DNA of 64,000 bases from Eledone cirrhosa (GCA_964016885.1 OZ024742.1:335792001-335856000), one strand, 5' to 3'. Positions 29,200 to 42,940 are shown, counted from the first letter of the stretch. The notes: generated from the letters alone by a model not told the origin. Numbers and translations: made by a program.

Positions 29200-29800
29200 T
29201 AAAAATCTTGTAATATTTATGTGCTAAGGGCAAATGGTTCCTAATTAGAGTAAGAAAGACTGTAGCTACTGGTGTGGCCACTTCCATATTATATGAAGGC
29301 TTATACTATATAATTATACTATACTTATACTATATAATGCATATGGATCTACTTTTCTTAGTTCTTTGCTTATTCTTAGTATATTCTACCTTATCTATAA
29401 ATCTGCTCCGAGATAGAGCTTCATTGTAATATGTGGAATGACTGGAAAGATTTGCTCCTCGTTAGCTGATAAACGAGAAAGCCTCAAAGAGACTTTTTCG
29501 ACTAGATTTTTAGTTATGGTGGCTGGATGGTTAGAATGCTTACTAATGTAATTTAAGGTGTTATTTGGTTTTCTATACGGGTAGTACAGGCCGTTCGACC
29601 TATTGAGTGGGATATCGATGAAATTTACGAGAGATAGGTAGGCTTCAACTTGAATGGAAAGGTTGAAGCCTTTAAAGAAAGCGATAATCTTCTTTCTAAA
29701 CCTATCAGTAGCTCGGAGTCCGCACTTAGTCATAGTCAAAAGACCATCATCACAAATTAGGAAATTCCTCATTGGTGGAGAAGAATGAAAATAGAACAAT
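29200..29800 (-). pseudogene. Naiad-type PLE reverse transcriptase fragment
   Basis: DDGLL...RKKIIAFFKGFNLSI...VNFID...YYPYRKPNNTLNYISKHSNHP...RLSRLS; homologous to the 56.6-57.0 kb protein. Confidence 0.85.
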
Positions 29801-29887
29801 AAAGCACCCAAGCTCACGTCAAAGGAGGTACTATCTGACTTATAGTGTTGTCGAAATTTATCACGGACTTACGAGCATATGCACATG

Positions 29888-29936
<49 letters not shown>

Positions 29937-29963
29937 GTGTGTTTATCTGTGTGAGTGTGTATG

Positions 29964-29998
<35 letters not shown>

Positions 29999-30099
29999 TA
30001 TATGTCTGTAGGCGTATGCGCATGTGTGTATGTAGATATGTGTATGTATACATTTGCGCGCACACATCCATACGTACATGTGTATATATGTATACGTGT

Positions 30100-30262
30100 G
30101 ACTGGTACTTTATTTTATCAACCCTCGTAAAGGTGAGAGGTTAGCTTTGCCTTTCATCCTTACGGGGTTGATAAAATAAAGTACCAATCACGTACAGGCG
30201 TCGATTTAATCGACTGTCCCCACCCTCAAAATTGTTGTCCTTGTGCTTAAATCAGAAACCAA
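30100..30262 (+). mobile_element. 5'-truncated SINE family A with a 5' inverted duplication
   Basis: tggtactttattttatcaaccc...gggttgataaaataaagtacca hairpin, then the normal tail. Confidence 0.8.
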
Positions 30263-30487
30263 TATTTGGTCGTAACATTTTTGAAATATTTATTTCTGCG
30301 TCTACAGATTAACTTTTCTCAGTTTCAGATGATCCCACTTAGAAAGCAGGAATTTTTTGCTTAGACTTTTAATCTGTACTAATAATATATATTTGCTCTA
30401 TGGGTTTATATGTACTTATATTTATATACAACCTTTATCGAGTCCTCTTTGGATTTTGGTCTTTGTATTTATTATTACTATATATAT

Positions 30488-30546
<59 letters not shown>

Positions 30547-30549
<3 letters not shown>

Positions 30550-30865
30550 TTGTCTCCCTGTATTCTTTGGGGTTACATTCCTAGAGCACCCGCGAACAGC
30601 GGAAAACCGCGAATATTGGACGTGGTCCATAAAAATGCCTATAAACGTCAAAATATACCGTAAAATATAATTAAAAAATAGGGAGTGTTTTATGCGAAGG
30701 GGCGTCCAATAGGTCGGCAAATACGGTATATTGTTATTAATAATTTAGCGTTAAAAATATATATATTGCCACGAAAAAAAGCCATAAAAAAATCACGGAA
30801 GTTCGTTACGATTCCGTGAACAACCGAGACCGTGAACGGGGGCGCGAATGCCGGGGCACATTGTG
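30547..30865. mobile_element. Tigger/MER2-like MITE
   Basis: TAcagt..ccct start, ggggttacattcc..cccgcga motif, decayed right TIR, TA flanks. Confidence 0.6.
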
Positions 30866-31466
30866 TATATATATATACATACATATATTTTTTTATATCT
30901 ACATACGTATATGGCAAATATATGGCAAGCGAAAACATTTTATTGGTACTTGGAAGGTGTAATATTGTGTTTGTAATTTTATTCAGCATTCACTTCAGGA
31001 GTAGATGTGAGATACATTGTTTTAAAATGCTTGTTGTTAACACATGACTATCAGGTCAACTTAATAATATGTGTAATACTTTGATCTCTGAGTTTACTGT
31101 CATCAACAATGGCACTAAACAGTTGCGATATAGTGGACAAAGTAACAATAACTATGTTACTTTTATCCCTTCCTTTACCGATATTGTCTGTCATTAACAC
31201 TCTATCATCAAGAGTTCTAAACATTGACCATCTGGTAGGCAAGGTAACAATATGTGTATTACTTTTATCTCTCAGTTCACTGGTATTACCTGTGACTAGC
31301 GCTATGCCACCAAAGTGCATTTAAACATTTTGTTCTTTTCCTCCATAAAGTAATTTGTAAAATAGAGACATAATAAAATGATAATCCGCAGTTCAAGAAT
31401 TCCCCAAAGCACACGTAGAAATTATTTTAAGAAGATTATCACTAATGTGAATGCTAGCAAATAAGT

Positions 31467-31510
31467 TCATCACTGTTGACCTAGTCTATAGACTAGGTCA
31501 ACAGTGATGA
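31467..31510. repeat. Perfect 44-bp palindrome with no spacer
   Basis: tcatcactgttgacctagtcta|tagactaggtcaacagtgatga. Confidence 0.95.
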
Positions 31511-31629
31511 GAGAAAGAAAACACCACACACTATCACTATATCATGATCTCTATCTTCTCTTTATAAATTATTTCACCTTCTACCTCACTTTTACTCTCT
31601 TTCTCACTCTCTCTCTCCCCCTCTCCCTC

Positions 31630-31682
<53 letters not shown>

Positions 31683-32039
31683 CTATCTCTCTATCTCCCC
31701 CCCCCTCTCTCTCTCACTATATCAATCTTTCTCATTCGGTATTTCACACTCATTTGCTTGCTGCATCAATCTCTTACTCGCTACCCGACTCTTTCTTTTG
31801 CCTTATCTCTCTTCCTCCCTCTTTCTATCTCTCTATCTCACTTTTTCTATTCTCCTTACTTTCTTTACTCTCAGATGAAGAGTAAGAGCTGGAAACGCTA
31901 GATTGTTTTCACCACTGACAGTAATTGAACTTACCAAAATCTATTATGAGCAGTTAGTTCTAACAAACAACTCTATCCCCTGGGTCACCCTGCCTCTCCT
32001 AACACTCGATTAATCCACGTCAGTGTGCCACTCAGAGAC

Positions 32040-32540
32040 ACACTCTAGTCTTTAGACTACAGACATATTGGCCGCCCCCCTCTACTTCTTCTACCACTAT
32101 TACAATAGTCTCTGCTTCTCGGAGTTTGCTAGTCTCAAACATACACCTCCACTCAGACACTCCTAAATAACTCGTCATTCCTCCTACCACCACCCATGTT
32201 ACGTCCAGTTTTTCTCCCATTAACAACAACGCACAGTCTTTCCTGCCCAGAACTTCGGCTCTCTGGTAACCCCCTGGAGATGATGTGTCTTATGTCACTT
32301 CCACTTACGTACTTCCGACCCACATATCATTCCTATCACCCATGTTATGTCCAGCCAGCCTTCCGTGCCCCACATTAACAACACCAAATCATTCCTCCCG
32401 GCTTATATCTTTCTAAAAGAAGTTGACTTACATCAGTTTAAGCTGAATTTCAACCGCATCAATTATCGATCTCTCCAGCCTCGGAGGGCCTGGTTAGCCA
32501 ACGGCGCTGCCCATCCTTCTAACCTACACATATACATGAT
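32040..32540 (+). pseudogene. CR1-group LINE 3' remnant with a short internal duplication
   Basis: QSFLPRTSALW and YIF...DLHQFKLNFNRIN match the SFFPRT..LWN.LP...F.....L..FK..IN tail. Confidence 0.6.
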
Positions 32541-32934
32541 AAACAAAACAAGCTCTGTCTCACCCTATCTCTCTTTATCTCTCTTACGCACACGGTTATT
32601 ATTATTTTGTGATTCTTTTACCTGTTCCAGTCCAAGGGCTGTGGCCATGCTACTGCATCGCCATTTGCTATTTAAACTTTTCTCTTTTTTTATGTTTGAG
32701 TTGTTTGTGTTTTTATCTTGGTTTTTATTTTATTTTTATGGAGCGTGTACTTTAAAATCGAATTTCGCATGTTTCGACTAATAACTAAATCGAACTAAAT
32801 ATATAAACAAAATATTGAATTAATAAAATATAATCAAAATAAAAATATCTTACATCCGAAGTTAATTCTTTGCATGCTTCTTTTCCTTCTTTCTTCTATA
32901 TTCTTCTTCTTCAATGACAGGCTTTCTTTCTTTC

Positions 32935-32941
32935 ATTCCAA

Positions 32942-33008
<67 letters not shown>

Positions 33009-33028
33009 TCGATCTTTCATTCTTTCGG

Positions 33029-33072
<44 letters not shown>

Positions 33073-33075
33073 TCA
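32935..33075. repeat. (TTTC)n microsatellite
   Basis: Direct reading. Confidence 0.9.
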
Positions 33076-33955
33076 TTTCCCTTCTTTTTACTTTTCTTTC
33101 TTTTTTATTTATTTATCTCTCATTCTCTCGTTCTCTCCCTCTCCCCATATCTCCCTCTCCTCCTCATCCATCAAAATTAAACCCAATAATGTTATATTAC
33201 TTGTTATCCACTTCTCAGAAATTAAAGAAATAAATGACTAGAAAACTAAGTAAAACATAAATAGAAAAACAAGCCAAAACTAAATAGAAAAATAAACAAC
33301 AAAACTAAAATATCAAATAAAAATCAATAGAAAAAAAAAACGAAAATAAACAGAAAAACACAAAAATAAATAAAATATATAGACAAAACAATAGATAGTA
33401 TAAATTGAAAAACATAGAAATAGAAATTTTAAAAATTGAATAAATAGCAAAATAAAAAGAAGAGAAAAAATTTAGTTTCTCTCAAAAAGAAAATTAAAAT
33501 TAGTTTTTGAAAATTCAATTTGACATCTTTATAAAAAAATTTAACACAGAAATTATATATTTTTATCGGTTATTTTTTATGTTCCTGAATATTCTCAATC
33601 TGATAATCAAAGTTGATTGTATTTGGAATAAAACGGTTGTCAATAGCAATACTGACAGGTACAGGTACAATAAGCGGCGAGATTCAGAGAATAACATCTA
33701 TTAAAATGTTGTTTTAAAGATATTTTGAAGTATTAAAAATAGAAAAAATTCAACGAAGGTGTGTTCATATATGCATGTCTGTCTATCGATCTGTGTCCCT
33801 GTTTACATATCTGTCTGTCTATCTATATATCTGTCTACCAATCAATCTGTCTGTCTGTCTATCTATCTCTCTATCTCTCTCTCTATCTATCTATCTATCT
33901 GATTACCTCCGTACTTATTTATCTGCCTAGCAACCTACTTACCCGCCTCTCTCTC

Positions 33956-34029
<74 letters not shown>

Positions 34030-34038
34030 ATATAGAAA

Positions 34039-34089
34039 GGCTTCTACAGGACTAGAACTGTTTCATTCGGGATAAATCATCAGGAAGTC
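34039..34089 (-). ncRNA. Type I hammerhead (weak stem II)
   Basis: cttc CTGATGA tttatcccgaat GAAA cag-ttctagtc-ctg TA gaag; next to (TA)n. Confidence 0.65.
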
Positions 34090-34282
34090 GATTGAACCCG
34101 GGATAAACTTATATATACATATATGGAGGGTGTGTGTGGGCAATAGAGGGAGTGATATATAGTGTAGAGCGTAGTGTTAGAGTGTATTTAGCTAATGTAC
34201 AGCATTTCATTTATGCATTTTTGAGAGAGAGAAAGAGAGAGGTGAGGAGAGAGAGAGAGAGGTGAGGAGAGAGAGAGATAGT

Positions 34283-34374
<92 letters not shown>

Positions 34375-34624
34375 CGTGAAGGGGAAAGAGAAAGGTTGAG
34401 GATAAGAGATCTGAGCTTGAGTGTTTATGTAACTATTGTAAAACATGTCATTTAGGTATTTTCAGTTGAACAAACGACTTATAGATCTGTTAACCAACTT
34501 AATATTGAACGATCCGTTTTTTTCTATGTCTGATTAAAAGAGATTTTGATTGATGCCTGCTACAGTAATTAAGAGGTTGTTTCTAAAATAACTTGTTGGT
34601 ATAAGATTTATCTAGTTTGTTCTT

Positions 34625-34655
<31 letters not shown>

Positions 34656-37199
34656 TTATATAATAGTATTGATCTTTAAATTTTAGTTTAACAATCAAAG
34701 CAAACCGGATAAAATTTGTTAAAGAGTAGTAAAAGGGAACGTTAAACAAATAAAAAATGGAGCATATTAATAGGAGACGAGATAACGAGAAGACCGTGAC
34801 TGGGTTCGCTTTCTGCTGCATGTTGGTAAACTGAGATAACAACTGAACTCTGATGACAGCATTGATCTTTCAAATTGTCTTACAGCTCTATCAAATGGGC
34901 GTCAAAAGATACACATACAACTAAGACTGATAATTTTGAATAAATATATTTCGTTTAAAACATTAACCTCCCCTTCCTCAAAACAATGATATACATAATG
35001 GGAACTGGCAGTTATTCCCCATACTTTTTAAACTTTCAATTTTTGACTGAACAAAAGCATAAGAAAGAAAAAAATGAAAAGAGAAAGGAGCTGGTGTGGG
35101 ATAAAGAGAGACGGGGATAATTCTATATCTTTGGCTGAACAAAGTATCTCAGTTACGTTCAGTGGACAAGAGGGTGAAAGCTTTGCCGCAGAGAAAAGTA
35201 GCCAGCAATCCCCGCTGCATCATCCATTAAACCTAGCGAGGCTTCTTGTTCATATGTGATGCCATCATCCAAAATTGGTGGAGGAAAACGGCAGTCCCGG
35301 GACCGAGGACACAAATCCATTATTGATTCGATAAAGCAGGAAATTATCAACGTATTTGATGAGAAAACAGCCATAGAAATATCGATTTTTTGTAACGATG
35401 AATGCAATCGATACACTTATCTAATTAAGTTTCTAAACAGAAAAAACCTTGATGGAGTCTTCTTCCAAACATTGACCTTGAAAGAAGAGGGGGGGGGGTG
35501 TAATGATATTACGAAATATATATAAGGCTAACAGTATAGTTTATATGAAGCATTGTAAAATATACCGTCAACATTGTTTTAGGAAAGTTAGTACATTGCA
35601 AGTTAAATATAAAGGAGTGAAAACCCGAGTAAAGTAAAACAAACAAAACTATAGTTTACACTTTACCTTGTATTTCAAGATATTTGGATGTTAAGCTAAT
35701 TGGCTTCGTAACGGAACAAGATATCGAACAAATCATTTTCATGACCGCCAAATTAATGACTATATCGTTACATAAGATAATATGGTATGGTGTGGTCCTG
35801 TAACTCCTGATAGAGTCGTAGGGAGCTATATTGACATACGGCGTTTCTTGAACATTTTTAGCCTGGCGGAGCCCATCCCTCTTACAGAAGGTAGACATGA
35901 TGAAAAAAACATATCGTTGTACCAAGGATTAAACCGAGATCTTCTAATAACATTAATCTTTTACACTTACGTGATTATAGCTTCAAGCTTGGTGGCAATA
36001 GCATTACAATGACACTCAACAAATCTCAATCAATAAGTAAAATAGGTTTGTTCGTCCCAAATAATCTATTTGTATATGGGCAATTGTATATAGCTTTGAC
36101 AATTACTGTAGTGTCTGTTGCAAGTATAGTTCTTTCCGCACAGTCGTTGTGCGTGTACACTCGTTCTGCAAATGCAGACGTACTGTACGTACATTCATCA
36201 TGTATGTGCATACATACGTTCTGTGTGGACAGTCAAATTATACGTATTGTAGGTACAGTCGTCGTACAGTCGACCAGTACGGACAATCACTCTGTACGTA
36301 CAGGACGCATGTATGTATTGTCATGTTGTAAGTGCAGTCATATTGTACGTTGAGTCGACTTATACGTGTAGACATCCTGCGCGTATACTCGCCCTGCAGA
36401 TACATTCGCCTTGTATGTGCAGTCGTTATGTACGTACGGTCGACCTGTACATAAAGTCGATTTCTACGAACAATCGTTCTGCAGCGTAGGTGTAGTGACA
36501 CTGACGGAAAAAGTCACCAGCATTTTATACACTGACGTTTCCCAGTTATAAAACACTCTCAACATTCATATCATGTAATTCTGGTTAAATTTATATAGAC
36601 ATACACATATATGTTTTAGTACTTATTGTTTTCCTTATTTTATATCTTTTAACCGCCATCATTCATCATTTATCTTCATCATCAACAAGGATGACAGCTG
36701 CTGCCGGGTAAAGCAAGAGCGGACACCACTCGTCTATATAAAGAGTGGAATATATAAGTATTAATCTCGTTTTTGCCGCCTGATTGAGCGCATACGGGCA
36801 AAAAAGCACGGAGTAGCAACGGAATGAATCATCAGCATCGAAAGAATAAATAAACTCTATTACATGCATTGTTTGAGGGTAACGGAAAGGATGGTAGTTT
36901 TGTAAATTTGAAGTATATCTGGTAATTATGTGTGTTGCAGAGAAAATGTGACGTATTTAGTAGTTATGATACAAAATCTGATACAATTATGATGTGAAAT
37001 ATGTTGAGTGTAGAAAATGAGATGTGGTGTGCAATGTTTATGATATAATATATGATGTGTGATATATTTATGATATGATGTGAGCGGTAGTTATGATATA
37101 TTGCGTACTGTGGAAATGATCTGCCGCCAGTTGTAGTTATGAGGTTAAATGTACAGTAGTTGTGATGTGGTATGTGATGTAGTTTTGAATATATATATA

Positions 37200-37274
<75 letters not shown>

Positions 37275-37410
37275 AGTGTAATTTTCAACACAAAGCGAAG
37301 GTTATAGAGAAAATTGAGGTTGGTAATGGCACATGGAATATATAAGAGACAGAATACTTTTTTGTGAAAAAACATAATTTTATAAGGTAAGGAAATAATA
37401 AAGGGTATAA

Positions 37411-37458
37411 AAAATGACCGGTTTCGATGGGTCTGCAAAAGCCATCTTTTCAAATGTT
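37411..37458 (-). ncRNA. Type I hammerhead, U3-A8 variant core (second family)
   Basis: aacat TTGAAAA gatgg-cttttgcagac-ccatc GAAA ccgg TC atttt. Lies in a roughly 420-bp insert (37270-37690) bounded by (TA)n. Confidence 0.7.
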
Positions 37459-37709
37459 GATTAATATTAAGAAAAATTAATAATACGAAGAGTTAAAATT
37501 TGAGACTTGAAAATTCAAGTATAAAATTCATTGTGGGATTTCATAGCAGTTTTCATCTTGGTAGCAACAACAGGTTGACTGCTGTGTCCCTTTCTGGTAG
37601 TGAATGAGAAGTTATTTGGGGTGTGGGTTATTTTATAAAGGTCAGATTTAGCAATCGCCAGCTGCTGGTCAGTGAGGGGGTGGAAGCAATATATATATAT
37701 ATATATGCA

Positions 37710-40335
37710 ATGATTATGATATAGTTATGGTGTGCTGTGGGATGTAATTATGATGTGACATAGACTGCAGTTATGATGTGGTGTTTGCTGTAGTTATGAT
37801 GTCAGGTGTGTTCTTTGGTTATGACGTGATGAATGATGGCTTTATTGTGTGACGTCTTCTGCTGTTATGATGTAGCGTGTGTTGTAGTTATGATATGGTG
37901 TGTGCTTTACTTATAATGTAGTGCCTGCTGTAGTTATGACATGGTGTGTGTTGTAGTTATGACGTGGTGTGTGTTGTAGTTATGATATGGTGTGTGCTTT
38001 ACTTATAATGTAGTGCGTGCTGTAGTTATGACATGGTGTGTGTTGTAGTTATGACGTGGTGTGTGTTGTGGTTATGATGTGGTGCATGCTGCAATTATGA
38101 TATAGTGTTTTCTAGCCATGGTGTGGTGTGTGCTGTAGTTATGATGTAGTGTGTTGTAATTATGATGTAGGGTGTGTTGTAGTTGTGGTGTGGTGTATGT
38201 TGTAGTTATGATATTGTGTATTGTAGTCATGATGCGGTCTGCTGTAGTTATGATGTAGTGTGTGCTGTAGTTATGACGTGGTGTATGTAGTAGTTACGAT
38301 GTTATGTGTGTTGTAGTTACGATATGGTGTGTGCTGTAGTTATGATGTAGTGTGTTGTAGGTACGATGTAGTGTGTGCTGTAGTTATGATGTAGTGTGTT
38401 GTAGGTACGATGTAGTGTGTGCTGTAGTTATGATGTAGTGTGTTGTAGGTCCGATGTAGTGTGTGCTGTAGTTATGATGTTGTGGGTGCTGTAGTTATGA
38501 TGTGGTGTGTTGTAGGTACGATGTAGTGTGTGCTGTAGTTATGATGTTGTGGGTGCTGTAGTTATGATGTGGTGTGTTGTAGGTACGATGTAGTGTGTGC
38601 TGTAGTTATGATGTTGTGGGTGCTGTAGTTATGATGTGGTGTGTGTTGTAGTTATGATGTGGTGTGCTGTAGGTACGATGTAGTGTGTGCTGTAGTTATG
38701 ATGTTGTGGGTGCTGTAGTTATGATGTGGTGTGTGTTGTAGTTATGACGTGGTATGTGTTGTAGTTATGACGTAGTGTGTGTTGTAGTTATGATGTGGTG
38801 TGTGTTATAGTTATGATGTAGTGTGCGTTGTAGTTATGATGTAGTGTGTGTTGTAGTTATGACGTGGTGTGTGTTGTAGTTACGATGTGGTGTGTTGTAG
38901 TTACGATGTAGTGTGTGTTGTAGTTATGATGTAGTGTGTGTTGTAGTTATGATGTAGTGTGTGTTGTAGTTATGATGTAGTGTGTTGTAGTTACGATGTA
39001 GAGTGTGTTGTAGTTACGATGTGGTGTGTTGTAGTTACGATGTAGAGTGTAATGTAGTGTGTGATGTAGAGTGTGATGTAGTTATGATGTAGAGTGTGAT
39101 GTAGAGTGTGATGTAGTTATGATGTAGAGTGTGCTGTAGTTGTGATGTAGAGTGTGATGTAGTTATGATGTAGAGTGTGCTGTAGTTGTGATGTAGAGTG
39201 TGTTGTAGTTATAATGTAGAGTGTGCTGTAGTTACGATGTAGTGTGTGCTGTAGTTATGACGTGGTGTATGTAGTAGTTACGATGTTATGTGTGTTGTAG
39301 TTACGATATGGTGTGTGCTGTAGTTATGATGTAGTGTGTTGTAGGTACGATGTAGTGTGTGCTGTAGTTATGATGTAGTGTGTTGTAGGTACGATGTAGT
39401 GTGTGCTGTAGTTATGATGTAGTGTGTTGTAGGTCCGATGTAGTGTGTGCTGTAGTTATGATGTTGTGGGTGCTGTAGTTATGATGTGGTGTGTTGTAGG
39501 TACGATGTAGTGTGTGCTGTAGTTATGATGTTGTGGGTGCTGTAGTTATGATGTGGTGTGTTGTAGGTACGATGTAGTGTGTGCTGTAGTTATGATGTTG
39601 TGGGTGCTGTAGTTATGATGTGGTGTGTGTTGTAGTTATGATGTGGTGTGCTGTAGGTACGATGTAGTGTGTGCTGTAGTTATGATGTTGTGGGTGCTGT
39701 AGTTATGATGTGGTGTGTGTTGTAGTTATGACGTGGTATGTGTTGTAGTTATGACGTAGTGTGTGTTGTAGTTATGATGGGGTGTGTGTTATAGTTATGA
39801 TGTAGTGTGCGTTGTAGTTATGATGTAGTGTGTGTTGTAGTTATGACGTGGTGTGTGTTGTAGTTACGATGTGGTGTGTTGTAGTTACGATGTAGTGTGT
39901 GTTGTAGTTATGATGTAGTGTGTGTTGTAGTTATGATGTAGTGTGTGTTGTAGTTATGATGTAGTGTGTTGTAGTTACGATGTAGAGTGTGTTGTAGTTA
40001 CGATGTGGTGTGTTGTAGTTACGATGTAGAGTGTAATGTAGTGTGTGATGTAGAGTGTGATGTAGTTATGATGTAGAGTGTGCTGTAGTTGTGATGTAGA
40101 GTGTGATGTAGTTATGATGTAGAGTGTGCTGTAGTTGTGATGTAGAGTGTGTTGTAGTTATAATGTAGAGTGTGCTGTAGTTACGATGTAGTGTATGTTG
40201 TAGTTACGATGTAGAGTGTGCTGAAGTTATGATGTAGAGTGTGATGTAGTTATGATGTAGTGTATGTTGTAGTTACGATGTAGAGTGTGCTGAAGTTATG
40301 ATGTAGAGTGTGATGTAGTTATGATGTAGTTACGT
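37710..40335. repeat. G/T-rich minisatellite, 20-22-bp unit TGTAGTTATGATGTAGTGTG(TG)Y, with a 984-bp tandem duplication
   Basis: Rare variants recur at a 984 offset: gtgtatgtagtag at 38281/39265 and aggtccgatg at 38447/39431. Confidence 0.95.
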
Positions 40336-40449
40336 ATTCAATAATATGATTTGTGTAACGTTATTCTGTAATATGGCGAATCACTATTTGGCTGAGAATT
40401 AAATATTTGAATGTCAGTTACTAGTAATAAATTATAACTAAATCATTTG

Positions 40450-40975
40450 GATGTGGTGGTTGTGGTAGTCGTAGTGATGTTTGTTGTAGTTGTACAGGTT
40501 GTTGTTGTAGTGGTGTTGGATGTTTGTGTTGTTGTAGTTGGTGGTAGTGGAGGGCGTTGTTGGTGGTTGTTGTTTTGAGTGGTGGTGCTGGATTTTGTTG
40601 TAGCTGGTGGTTGTGGTGATGTTGTTGTCGTTATTGTTGTTGTTGTTGTTGTTGGATGTTGTAGTTGGTGGTGGTGATGGATGTTGTTTTTGGTAGTGGT
40701 AGTGCCTGTCATAGTTGTTGCTGTTGGTGGTGGTGGTAGTGGTGGTGGTGGCTGTCATAGTTGTTGTTGTTGGTGGTGGTTGTAGTGGTGGTGGTGGCTG
40801 TCATAGTTTTTGTTGTTGGTGGTGGTGGTGGTGGTGGCTGTCATAGTTGTTGTTGTTGGTGGTAATGGTGGATGTTTTTGTTATTTTTGGTGGTGGTGTT
40901 GTTGTTGGTAGTGGATGTTGTTTTAGTTGTTGATGTTGGTAGTTTTTGTTGTCGTAGTTGGCAGTGGTGGTAGAT

Positions 40976-41014
<39 letters not shown>

Positions 41015-41312
41015 GATGGTGGATGTTGTTGGTGGTAGTTGGCAGTGGTGGTGGATGTTGTTGTTGGTGGTAGTGGATGTTATCTTTGTTGGCGGTGATG
41101 GTTGTGGTGAATGTTGTTATTGGTGGTGTTGGTGGTGATTTTGTTGTTGTCTTGGTGGTAGTAGCTGTTATTTCGGGGGTATTTATAGTAGAAGTGGTGG
41201 TAGTGGAAGAGGTGTTGTTGTTGCGGAGTTGGTGGTAGTAGTAGTGGTGGATATTATTGTTGTATTAATGGCAACGGTGGATGTTATTATTGTAGTGGCG
41301 GTGGTGGTGATG

Positions 41313-41411
<99 letters not shown>

Positions 41412-41440
41412 GCGGTGTTGGTGGTAGTAATAGTGGTACT
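40450..41440. repeat. (GTT)n/(GGT)n degenerate trinucleotide field
   Basis: Direct reading. Confidence 0.9.
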
Positions 41441-41584
41441 TCACGCAATGATTTAGAAAAAAGAATATATTGGATGATGTAGTCATGGGTTCTGTACATA
41501 AGGGGAAAAAATGGAGGCATAAGAAAATCCTAAACATTCTTACTGCTTCATTATAACGAATAATATTGCTGTTGTTGATGTGGC

Positions 41585-41925
41585 CGTTGTTGTTGTTGGA
41601 CCTCCGTATGTTCCGACGACGAGTATATTCCTGTTGTTTGATCAACGGAACAGCCTGTTGGTCAAATTAACGTGTGACTGAGTATTGCACAAACACGTGT
41701 ACCCTTAACGTAATTCTCAAAGGGATTCAGCGTCATACAGTGTGTGTCAGGGCTGATCCTTTGAAAGACAGGTATAACTCATTTATTTTGCTAGCGGAAT
41801 GGATTAGAACAACGTGAAATAAAGTGTCTTGCTGAAGGACAAAATGTGCCGCCGCCAGGAGTAGCACACGTGATCGCAAGATCGTGAGCTGAACATCCTA
41901 ACCACTAAGCCAAGCACCTTCACAA
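41585..41925 (-). mobile_element. SINE family B, near full length
   Basis: Similarity to other B copies; (AAC)n tail. Confidence 0.8.
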
Positions 41926-42069
41926 TACGCAATATGAATCAACCCAAAGTTTCCTCTTGTTCTCAAGAAGAAGGACAAGAAAGGATAACTTAAGAACATA
42001 AAGGAAAAGTCAATACTGAAATTTCTGCATGGCGCTAATGACAAAAAGGTGCAGCTATATCTGTTCTGG

Positions 42070-42620
42070 TGTTATATATATATGTATACTGGTGTTCTGA
42101 AGCCATATTGCATCAACGAATAAATGTCCTGATCTTATGGCATTAACTAACTTGACAAAAAAATGTCCTGATTGTTGAAGGCAACATGAGGTAGGCATGT
42201 GAAAGGAAGATGCTAAAATATGAAAGACTTAAGGATTTGTGTGAAGTGAAAGGATGGTGTTACCAGTAGAAGTTAGATGTTGTGGGTTTGTAACTAGATC
42301 AGCAATGTCTCACTTGGTTGGCATTGGACTTAGGAAGGATAGCAGAACAGTAATCTGTGAACAGGAGAGGGAAGCAGAAAATACTTCATCATGAATGTGA
42401 CAGGTACATTTGAGAGAAAGACTAAAGCAAATAGCAAAGGACAAACCCTCAGAAGGTAGTGAAACAAAATAGGTGTTGTATGGCTGGAATATATACACCC
42501 CTCCTGGTTTGCTGTGGTGACTGTGTGGATAATGGAGGGTGGTGAGCATGCCACTATGTAAGCCAAATTAACCCGGATGTTCTTCTTTAGCAATTAGGCT
42601 GCTCCTTATCATTGGAGGGA
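42070..42620 (+). pseudogene. Hero-like (restriction-like endonuclease) non-LTR retrotransposon 3' remnant
   Basis: PDLM...LIVE...ACERKMLKYEDLKDLCEVKGW...PVEVRCCGF resembles the RPD..ELTVPWE..ERK..KY..L...GW...EVGCRGF signature. Confidence 0.7.
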
Positions 42621-42794
42621 TCGTTACTATTAGTAATAGTTGAAATCATTGTGCTTTTCAATTGACAGCTGGTGAAGAGAATGTCCCGCATTGTGAGCTG
42701 TAAGTAAAATCTGTAAAATATTAATATTACAAGGCCACTTAATGACTACTTTTTTCATGCTTATATAATCGGGTGAATATATGTATGTATGTAA

Positions 42795-42878
<84 letters not shown>

Positions 42879-42940
42879 TTACATACATATATATATATAT
42901 ATGAAAAAGAACACAAGAGCGTCTACAACATCAAAAGATT

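Noticed and set aside
35074-36012. Short ORFs in non-repetitive sequence as host exons
   Set aside because: No recognisable domain or consistent splice structure; cannot be excluded without RNA-seq
37710-40335. CRISPR-like or telomeric array
   Set aside because: Head-to-tail units with no unique spacers, no cas genes, not TTAGGG; eukaryotic context
40438-41645. Mucin-like poly-Thr/Asn/Gln ORFs
   Set aside because: Trinucleotide repeat translations interrupted by stops
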